A stretch of 54,089 nt of DNA from a virus (lineage: Duplodnaviria; Caudoviricetes). Numbering within the stretch: position 1 is the stretch's first letter; the number at the start of each line of letters is the position of its first letter. The translations under genes and the position numbers were made by a program. A model generated the notes under the pieces. That model saw only the letters and a list, made by a program, of their open reading frames with translations. It did not search any database and was not told the origin of the DNA. Shown in pieces: positions 46,491 through 54,089 of this stretch. The stretch lies in the IMG/VR virus record IMGVR_UViG_3300025141_000127, positions 1 through 54,089 of that record; one strand, written 5' to 3'.

Positions 46491-48401
46491 ATGAATCTCA
46501 AGGAGATTCGGAACGCGATGTTCGCTCAGGCGGATTGGGCTCCAACCCAATCCCCTGAAGCGACATCTCGCGTTAACGGCTTCATTAACCGGGCCTACAA
46601 TCAGTTGGCCTTGGAAGCTCCGTTTCTCTTTTTTGAATCTAAAGTCCATCTAGCGACCGAGCCAGATGTCGAGTCGCTAGAGGGCATTTCCACCAACAAC
46701 CCCGACCGTATTCAGTTGTCGGGCACGAACACTCTTCCTCTGTCTCCTACCAGTAGAGACCCTTGGACTTGGAAGGCGACGTTCACCCACGCACAAGCTA
46801 CGGCAGCGCCGACAAAGCTTAACGTGTGGAAGTACGACCGCTCATGGGACGGCCGTATGATTGAAATCACCGCCCATGACGGGACACTCATTCGGAACCA
46901 GATCCGCTCGGTCTGGAACAACTCCGGCACCTACCACGTCACGATGGTTCGTCCGTGGGACATCGACACCTTTGGTGACGGAACCGCCAATGATGCTGAC
47001 GGCATCGCTGGATTCAAGTACCGCATCTTCACGGATGCGTACTCTCTGCCGGACGACCTGATCCAGCTAAACTCCGCACGGCTTAGGGACAACACCAACA
47101 ACTACCCCCTTGAGGTTGTTGGGCAGCAGGAGGCTGAAGTTCTTCAGCTTGATGGTCCTCCCTCGCAGATCACAAGCGGCATCCCGCGCGTCATCTTTCG
47201 CAGGCAACACATCCACATGCAGGGACCAAGCGTGGCTCCGGTAGCCTCGGCCTCCCTCACAAACAAGGATGCCCTCAAGGAGACGATCAGCATTCCCCGA
47301 GGAGGCTCCTCCGTCGAAGAGAACACACAGGCGACCCGCGCTACTTATGACAGCCGTTATATTAAGATTGAAGCACGCGGTGAGACTTCTCGCACGGGAG
47401 AAGCTCTCGAGTCAAACCCCTCGGATACAGCCGTGGATGTTTCGTGGCTAGGCCCAGAGCCAACGGGAACCTTTGAATACAAGGTTACTTACACTTGGGG
47501 CAAGCGAGATGTGGAGTTTGAACTCCCCGGTCTTGGTCACTGGGAGGGCTTTGGCCGCCCGCTCGACATCACGGAGGCGACCGCTTTTCCCTCCGACCCG
47601 AGCACAAGTACCGTGGCGTCAGGGGATTCCTCTTCACGCAACCGCTTCAGGACTCCCCGCTTTGAGTCCCCTCCCTCCGAGGCGTCTAACGCTATGGCCA
47701 ATGTTAAGGTGGGGGATGCCTTCTCGGCTATCAAGCTGTCGCTGCCCAACATTAACTATGCTCTCGGGTACATGATCAAGCGCACAGGCGTGAGCCGCCA
47801 GTCGCTAGACCAGAGCGGGATTTACATCCGCATTTACCGGCGTCGGGTTGCGGTTAGCTTGGCGAACTACGAGCGCCTTCCCAACGCCGTTGACGGACTT
47901 CAACACGCACAGTTGGACAGCGCTGACGCCTTCCACCTCCTCTCGGAGTTCCGTGCGGATAGCTCAAACTCTAGTGTTTGGTACGACAATGGTGAGTTTT
48001 TGCCTGACCGCAGCCATCGCCTGCGGGACATCCACGGTTACCAGACCATGCAGTTTTACCCTAAGCCCGACAAGCGCTACGTCATTGACATCCGCGCTAT
48101 TACGCGGCCTCCAAGATTAGCTGACGACCGGGACGCTCCCTTGGTCCACGCAGAAGCCGTCAATGTCCTTATTGAAAAAGCGATGGTGTACCTGTACGAG
48201 AACATGGGTCAGACCGGCCGCTCGGAGTACAGCGAGGCTCGCTATTTGGAGCTTCTCCTTACCCTCTCAAAAAGATACGGCGACCTTCGACCCCCCTCCG
48301 TCCCTGTGTTACGCTCAATGACACGGGCCACAGGCGTTCGCACAAACCGCAGGTGGAACCGTAGGCTATCAACAGACGATTTGGGAGGCGTAGTAGAATG
48401 A
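46491..48401 (+). CDS. Head-tail adaptor (tail tubular A-like) with large insertions
   Basis: MNLKEIR...FINRAY, YSLPDD, QFYPKPD...LADDRDAPLV adaptor-type motifs spread over 636 aa. Confidence 0.65.
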   Translation: MNLKEIRNAMFAQADWAPTQSPEATSRVNGFINRAYNQLALEAPFLFFESKVHLATEPDVESLEGISTNNPDRIQLSGTNTLPLSPTSRDPWTWKATFTHAQATAAPTKLNVWKYDRSWDGRMIEITAHDGTLIRNQIRSVWNNSGTYHVTMVRPWDIDTFGDGTANDADGIAGFKYRIFTDAYSLPDDLIQLNSARLRDNTNNYPLEVVGQQEAEVLQLDGPPSQITSGIPRVIFRRQHIHMQGPSVAPVASASLTNKDALKETISIPRGGSSVEENTQATRATYDSRYIKIEARGETSRTGEALESNPSDTAVDVSWLGPEPTGTFEYKVTYTWGKRDVEFELPGLGHWEGFGRPLDITEATAFPSDPSTSTVASGDSSSRNRFRTPRFESPPSEASNAMANVKVGDAFSAIKLSLPNINYALGYMIKRTGVSRQSLDQSGIYIRIYRRRVAVSLANYERLPNAVDGLQHAQLDSADAFHLLSEFRADSSNSSVWYDNGEFLPDRSHRLRDIHGYQTMQFYPKPDKRYVIDIRAITRPPRLADDRDAPLVHAEAVNVLIEKAMVYLYENMGQTGRSEYSEARYLELLLTLSKRYGDLRPPSVPVLRSMTRATGVRTNRRWNRRLSTDDLGGVVE

Positions 48402-48634
48402 AGGCACCTATGATTTGTGGTGGTGTATACGAGTGGTCGGGTACTGCGGGCAGGATCTTGCAGGGCACCCTTGTGTCTATTACGACGCGGCCGAAAGGGG
48501 AACAGGTGGGGACGATCATGGCCACGGGCTTTGCTCCTGAACTCGTTCAGGGCGGCTCCGAGCGGTGGGATCAATTTACATTGATCGGACGCCCCGCATC
48601 TCCAAGCTTGGGACGCCCAAAGAAGAAGGCCTAA
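48398..48634 (+). CDS. Hypothetical protein
   Basis: GGAGG RBS; ATGA overlap. Confidence 0.55.
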   Translation: MKAPMICGGVYEWSGTAGRILQGTLVSITTRPKGEQVGTIMATGFAPELVQGGSERWDQFTLIGRPASPSLGRPKKKA

Positions 48635-48637
48635 TAA

Positions 48638-51067
48638 ATGGCCTACCTGCGCAAGCGTCGTGAAGTTTCTGGCACTGGCTCTGCGCTATTTCTGCGTGGC
48701 CAAGATGACGGGCTAATTCTCTCGAACGATATCGCTCAGGAGATCACAAACATGTACGGCCTGCAAGAGGGTACACTTCGCACCGTCTGGGGCCCGGCGA
48801 CTTATCTTCCGGCCAAGTACGACGTCGAGGGGATGGGATTTGGCAGTCTCGGCGGCGGCATTACAGTGGGAGGAGAAGTATCAGACCCTGATATTGAGAG
48901 TCTTGGGACGGCAGGGGTTGCCGGGGTTGCCGGGGAGCAGCCTCGGTCAGCAGACTACTTCGCTTATAACAGCGAGACCGTGGAGCCCTCCGATATATCA
49001 TTCTGCAACCCCGATGACCCTGTGTACGGAAAGTTGCAGCACGGCATCCATCACGCAATACTCCAGAACGGCGAGCGCGATGTTCTGCTGCTCCACACAG
49101 GCAATGAGTTGTGGGAGTTTCGTGGTTGGAAGAGGGACTGGCGGCAATTGTTGTCCAGCCCCGCCGGCCCTCATGGGATTAGGGCAGAGTTAGAAGATGA
49201 TGAAGCGCCTCGCTTTCCGACCCAGTTTGAAACGATGGGCAATGGTGTCGTGATTGTCCCTCAAGAGGGCCGTGCGTATTTTTACAACGGACACATCATT
49301 GCACCATTAGGGTTCTCACAAACACCCGCATCCCCTAGCTGTCTCGGGCCGGAAAACTCCCTCGCCGGGGCTAGGATGTCAGACAAGGTCTCTGGCGTAA
49401 ACGATACCGGGTTTGCACACACAGGGCTGTGGGCGTGTGGCAAAAACACGAACCCATCCGGCATGACGTATGGCCTCGGAAGAAGTCGTATAGGGACGGT
49501 CAATGATTATATCGCAGACAGCGGTGATGCGATGTTTAAGGAGGGTATGCTGGACCCCGGCGAGTGGCGCTCGCGCGTTCAGTATATCGATGTTTTCGGC
49601 AATCTCTCCGCCGCATCGGAACCGAGCGCCCCTGTTGGTTGTTCCCGGCAGGGCACGTTGATCACAATAGCAAATGAAGTTCCGATTGCAACTGGTGATA
49701 AGATCGCCACCCCCTCGGTCTCACCGGATCACCTCAAGTTTCAACTTGCGTGGACAGGCATCCCCACAGGCCCTGACCACTGCGTTGGTCGGAACCTCTA
49801 CCGCACCAAAGACCTGATCAACTCTGGGGACGGAAACTACTACGAAGTTCCACAGAACACCTCGTCTACGTTTTCAACATTTGCGACCCTACAGGACAAT
49901 GTCACTACGATGTATCCAGACAATATGTCTGATGGATACCTCGGAAGCAAGATGCTCAATCTTGTCCCTGTCCCTTTGTTTCGTCTTTGCCGCGCAGCCT
50001 TTGGTCGTCTTTTTATTGCGAACGAACTAGATAACGAGGGCCTGATCCGGTTCTCGCAACCCGGCGCTTGGGGCACCTTTCAGGCTGGCGACACGATCTT
50101 CCCCGACGCAACGGGCGGTCAGGTTACAGGTATGTGGCGATGCGACCGTGGCCTCTTGGCCTTCACGGCTTCAAGCACGTTCCTCATCACAGCCCTAGAC
50201 AAGGGTGATGATTTCGTTGCAGCGCCGCTGTCACAGGAGGTTGGCTGCGTAGCGCCCAACTCAATCCAGACCTTAACGGACGGTAGTGTAGTTTGGCTCG
50301 GGAGCAACGGGTTCTATTCCTTTAACGGGCAGAACATCTCCTTTATCTCCGCTCCGCTGAGTCGGGTTTTTAAGCGTCTCACCATCTCCCGTTTCTCTCA
50401 AGCGTGCTCTGCTTTTGACCGTCACACTGGCGAATATCGCTGCTGGGTTTCGATCGATGGCTCAACGGAGAATGAATTTTGCCTCGTCATGACACAGGGC
50501 AAGTGGAGAACGCGCACCGATTTTGCCCCCCGTGATGTTTGTACGACCGATGACCATCGCGGCTATATGCTGGGCGCGGGAGGCGTTGTCGGCCAGTCTG
50601 GCAGGGATGGGGTGTACCTGCTTGACCATCCCCCCTCGCGGGCGGACGCGGCCATCCGTACCCTTGTAGACTCGAGGGAAGCGGTGATCGAGACTGTTTG
50701 GATGGAGGGTATTAACTCCAAGAAGAAAGAGACAATACCCACTGTGTATCTTTGGTTTCGGGAGACAGAGAACGCCGGGATAAACATCGAGGTTATGCGG
50801 GATTGGCGTGAGGATGTGGTGGAGACCGTTGAAGTGGCCCGCTACAGTACGGTGGACGCCCCGGCGCTGTGGGGTGATAGTACGCTCGGTGACCCAGAAG
50901 CAAAGTTTCGTCGTCGCCGTCCCTACTGGACAAGGGCTCAAATCTACCTTCCTTCGGCAGAAGTGGTTAAGTTGCGCATCAGAGGCACGGGCTTCTGGGA
51001 GTTTGTTGGACTTTCATTCGACGCCTCTCCCCGTACATTTGGAAATGCACAACTGCCGACGAGGTAA
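48638..51067 (+). CDS. Tail nozzle / tubular B-like beta-propeller protein
   Basis: 809 aa; RLFIA, IRFSQP, VGCVAPNSI, VWLGSNGFYSFNG propeller-type motifs. Confidence 0.75.
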   Translation: MAYLRKRREVSGTGSALFLRGQDDGLILSNDIAQEITNMYGLQEGTLRTVWGPATYLPAKYDVEGMGFGSLGGGITVGGEVSDPDIESLGTAGVAGVAGEQPRSADYFAYNSETVEPSDISFCNPDDPVYGKLQHGIHHAILQNGERDVLLLHTGNELWEFRGWKRDWRQLLSSPAGPHGIRAELEDDEAPRFPTQFETMGNGVVIVPQEGRAYFYNGHIIAPLGFSQTPASPSCLGPENSLAGARMSDKVSGVNDTGFAHTGLWACGKNTNPSGMTYGLGRSRIGTVNDYIADSGDAMFKEGMLDPGEWRSRVQYIDVFGNLSAASEPSAPVGCSRQGTLITIANEVPIATGDKIATPSVSPDHLKFQLAWTGIPTGPDHCVGRNLYRTKDLINSGDGNYYEVPQNTSSTFSTFATLQDNVTTMYPDNMSDGYLGSKMLNLVPVPLFRLCRAAFGRLFIANELDNEGLIRFSQPGAWGTFQAGDTIFPDATGGQVTGMWRCDRGLLAFTASSTFLITALDKGDDFVAAPLSQEVGCVAPNSIQTLTDGSVVWLGSNGFYSFNGQNISFISAPLSRVFKRLTISRFSQACSAFDRHTGEYRCWVSIDGSTENEFCLVMTQGKWRTRTDFAPRDVCTTDDHRGYMLGAGGVVGQSGRDGVYLLDHPPSRADAAIRTLVDSREAVIETVWMEGINSKKKETIPTVYLWFRETENAGINIEVMRDWREDVVETVEVARYSTVDAPALWGDSTLGDPEAKFRRRRPYWTRAQIYLPSAEVVKLRIRGTGFWEFVGLSFDASPRTFGNAQLPTR

Positions 51068-51069
51068 AC

Positions 51070-51816
51070 ATGGCGTGGAAGTACCCGAAGTTCGACATCC
51101 GCTCCGGCTATGTGATCGATATGGACCCGATCAACGACAACTTCCTCGGGGTCACGAATGAGATCTCCGGCACCCTAAACGAGCACAACTTCAACAGTGA
51201 GGAGGCGGGAGAGGTTCCCATTACACGCTCCCAGTTGGACGCTGGCGCAGCTTTTCGTTTACACACTAGCTCGGCACGCCCAAGCAACGCGGTCACGGTC
51301 CCGATCAATAGCAACTGGCTGAAGATCGACCAGATAGACGGGTGGCAAACATTCGACGAGGACGGGGCAGTTTTGGAGTTTGTTTCCCGAGGAGCCACCG
51401 TCTGGGCGTGTGCTTCATTTCAGTTGATGGCCACCTACGGCACAACCACCTCACTCCTTGAGGCCAAGCAAAAGGGATACGGCATTAAGGTTGCTCTCAA
51501 GCTTGACGGAACCGTTGTCCATGATGCTCTTCTGGGAAGCGGTGACACGGAGACAGATTTTTATCGCGGCGCACAAGGTCGCGCGGCACTAAAAATTCCC
51601 AGCGCAGTAGCCAAGCAGGGAACTCCTTACGGAGGGGGAGGCTTGTCAGGTGCGAGGTTGCCTATCGTGGTTGATGCAATGGTGGACCTATCTCCGGGGC
51701 CACATAAAATCGAACTCACTGTCATGAGTATCCGGGGACACAACTGGTCAGGCACCAACATTAGAGGGCCGTACATTGCAGCCCGAGAGATCTTTGCTTT
51801 GGAGATGCGTCGATAA
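51070..51816 (+). CDS. Putative tail-appendage protein
   Basis: GAGG RBS; INDNF...GTLNEHNF; C-terminal GPHKIEL. Confidence 0.55.
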   Translation: MAWKYPKFDIRSGYVIDMDPINDNFLGVTNEISGTLNEHNFNSEEAGEVPITRSQLDAGAAFRLHTSSARPSNAVTVPINSNWLKIDQIDGWQTFDEDGAVLEFVSRGATVWACASFQLMATYGTTTSLLEAKQKGYGIKVALKLDGTVVHDALLGSGDTETDFYRGAQGRAALKIPSAVAKQGTPYGGGGLSGARLPIVVDAMVDLSPGPHKIELTVMSIRGHNWSGTNIRGPYIAAREIFALEMRR

Positions 51817-52583
51817 TGTCCGGATACAACTACCTTGAGACAGGTACTGATTTCACTGCGGATGAGTTGCAGGAGAGGTTTGACTCACTCACAGAGGGCC
51901 CTATGGGGCTGAACGGACTGAAGGAAGAGTCCTTCGCGCTTGGGTGCTTTCGGCACAATCTTCTCCCTCGCATGATTCACAGCGCAGAACTTACAGAGAC
52001 TCCCATCTCTGGGGGCCTCTTTACAGCAGAGCGCAATGTGCGGTTTACAGAAACTTCGAGCGCTAGGATAATCGCTGAAGTTGATTTTGGGAGCACCCCC
52101 TTCATGCTTGACATGAACTCCGATTCAAACGTTGGCGCAGTTATGGTGCTGGCGAATGTATCGGTGGAAAAGTTTGAAGTGCTCTGGCATCCCCTTTTTG
52201 ATGACGGAAACGCCAAGGATACGCCAAATGAGGATGTGTGTTACGGCAAATTCTATATAGAGATCGTGACCTTGGCGGGGGAAGAAATTACTATCCGCCG
52301 CAGCCGACGATCGTTGTCGCCTCGAGTAACTATCGCTGTAGACAACACACACTATACGGGTTTCAACACATCGCACGCGACTACAAATAGGGATGTTTTT
52401 ACTAACCAAGACGTAGCGATCCGCACGGTGATCAAGCAGTCAGACCTCCCCGAAGGGGATAAGATCCAGAGTGTACGCTTTATCTATGAGGAGGGCACCA
52501 CGCATGGGTTCATGACAACCTGTGGGCTGATCTATTCCAAGGCCAACCTGACCGCCCTACCACTGCACGCAGACGTGACTTAG
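51816..52583 (+). CDS. Putative tail-appendage protein
   Basis: TAATG overlap; N-terminus TADELQERFD...LNGL resembles paralogs. Confidence 0.55.
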   Translation: MSGYNYLETGTDFTADELQERFDSLTEGPMGLNGLKEESFALGCFRHNLLPRMIHSAELTETPISGGLFTAERNVRFTETSSARIIAEVDFGSTPFMLDMNSDSNVGAVMVLANVSVEKFEVLWHPLFDDGNAKDTPNEDVCYGKFYIEIVTLAGEEITIRRSRRSLSPRVTIAVDNTHYTGFNTSHATTNRDVFTNQDVAIRTVIKQSDLPEGDKIQSVRFIYEEGTTHGFMTTCGLIYSKANLTALPLHADVT

Positions 52584-52592
52584 GAGACCGCA

Positions 52593-54089
52593 ATGTCTAA
52601 AACGGACGTACTCCTGAAAGGGGCCAAGGCCGCCGCAATCTCAGATCCTGTTGAGGAAGAGGTTGAGGAAGAAGAGGAGAGCCCCTCATCCCTGCCGTCT
52701 GTTGAAGTAGACTTGAGGGGGATCCCCACTACCTCTCCCCTCATCATCCGGCCGGAAGTGATGGCAATTCAGGCCATGCGGCGCGAGATGGAGTCGCAAC
52801 CCGGCGTAGACTTGACGGAAATGGACGAGTTTATCGAGTCTAACCAATTTTATGCGTCCGATCGAAAGCGCTATGGCACCAGCATTCCCGCAGAGGACTT
52901 TCTTCCTCGTACCGACCCTGAAGAGGCGATGCGGAAAGATGTCCAAGTGTGGCAAACAAGCGCGATTAAGCACATCTCCGACGCTCGCGACAGGGCCATA
53001 CAGGATAACCCCGAAGTTAACCCGGCGCTGTTTCAGAGCGTGTACGACTCTGCGTATAGGCGGGTCATGGACGGGACGTATCGCTCGGGCGCGATGATCA
53101 GCGAGAACTTTGTCAATGACGCCGTGCTGGATACCCAAATAGACAGGGCGCTCGCGCAGGAGATACAGGACGCAGAGGTCATCGCTATCGTGCGCGCGGT
53201 GGACACGGCGACGGGAAAGTCGATTGATGTACCAATCACAGGCACCGACCTAGACAAAAAGCTAGCGGATAGGCTGCCCCCGAGCCCACAGAAAACAGTG
53301 CTGCTGGCGGGCATCAACCCCGTGTCGTGGAATGGTGTCAGTCTGGGTATGGCGGATACCGAGCTAAACCGCAAGTATATCAACGAGGAGACGGGCAAAA
53401 CAAAGAACCCGTCCATCACAGCGCGGGATCTTCGCAACCTGTACCAGCCGCGCCCCGAGGAGGCAGGCCAAGAGGTTCCCTTTCCCTTGATCGTGGTGCC
53501 TATCTTTGACGACCCCACAGTTGGCGCAGGATACACAGGCAAAAACTCAATCAACTTGACAACCGTAGCAGATGCCGCCGGGCGCAATGCGTGGAGTATA
53601 ATCACGGGCGGCCGTAGTCGGGATGAGTTGAAAGCTGACGCGGCGAAAGCGTACAATGAGGGCTCATCGCTTCTGGGGGTTTCTCTCTCCTCGGCCGAGA
53701 GCGCGGAAGACTACGCAGAGCTAGTCTCCAAAGTCGCTACGGACAGACAGCAGGCCGCGAGGGACGAAGAGATCGCGAGGATCCGCGCAGAGCTTTCAGG
53801 TCAATATGTGTTTAGTGCAGACAGTGACTCCATCGTTGACTATCTGGAGGGTCAGTCCTACGGCGGTGTTGGCAAAGAGCCCTATGCGCGGCAGTTGGGA
53901 GCACTCTCGCTTCCTGTCCGGGCGATTGCGGGGCAGGTCACAGGACCAGAGGGCTACGAAAGTGATATCGCGGAGGAAGGCGGCCTCGAGTTTATGCTCG
54001 GCGCGATGAATTACGAGGCGGCGGCGGAGGGCGTGGTGGCGCGCGGTGCGGATGACCTTATGCGCATCGCCCCTTCGACAGTTCATGCC
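52593..54089 (+). CDS. Giant virion/ejection protein, 5' part (continues at position 142; missing from ORF track)
   Basis: AGGAG RBS, ATG at 52593 (MSKTDVLLKG...), no stop to the window end, in frame with 1-5181. Confidence 0.85.
   Translation, partial: MSKTDVLLKGAKAAAISDPVEEEVEEEEESPSSLPSVEVDLRGIPTTSPLIIRPEVMAIQAMRREMESQPGVDLTEMDEFIESNQFYASDRKRYGTSIPAEDFLPRTDPEEAMRKDVQVWQTSAIKHISDARDRAIQDNPEVNPALFQSVYDSAYRRVMDGTYRSGAMISENFVNDAVLDTQIDRALAQEIQDAEVIAIVRAVDTATGKSIDVPITGTDLDKKLADRLPPSPQKTVLLAGINPVSWNGVSLGMADTELNRKYINEETGKTKNPSITARDLRNLYQPRPEEAGQEVPFPLIVVPIFDDPTVGAGYTGKNSINLTTVADAAGRNAWSIITGGRSRDELKADAAKAYNEGSSLLGVSLSSAESAEDYAELVSKVATDRQQAARDEEIARIRAELSGQYVFSADSDSIVDYLEGQSYGGVGKEPYARQLGALSLPVRAIAGQVTGPEGYESDIAEEGGLEFMLGAMNYEAAAEGVVARGADDLMRIAPSTVHA
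53949..54089. repeat. Terminal direct repeat, right copy
   Basis: 139/141 identical to 1-141. Confidence 0.95.

Overview
The window looks like a complete, circularly permuted dsDNA tailed-phage genome of about 53.95 kb. Bases 1-141 recur at 53949-54089, and one ~2178-aa ORF reads through the join. The layout is podovirus-like. The + strand arm carries primase-helicase, a polyvalent protein, terminase, portal, scaffold, capsid, adaptor, nozzle and ejection proteins. The - strand arm carries small early genes, DUF932, an SNF2 helicase, a Cas4-like nuclease, Sak4, SSB and a UDG-fused DNA polymerase A. The arms diverge from a ~1 kb non-coding region containing an 11-copy TGTCTAC iteron cluster. 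I recognised no integrase, RNA polymerase or tRNA. The main discovery is an RNA-level control system in the early operon. Four type III hammerhead ribozymes occupy four consecutive intergenic gaps (25.2-27.0 kb, - strand), each in the same cassette: stop codon, UUCG hairpin, hammerhead, AACCA, GAGAGGAC RBS. They should cut the early transcript into single-gene mRNAs. Separately, a structured intergenic RNA at 13.9-14.06 kb carries two loops complementary to the bipartite AACCA...GAGGAC leader shared by about ten early genes, making it a candidate antisense shut-off RNA. All protein calls come from motif recognition by eye, not database searches.
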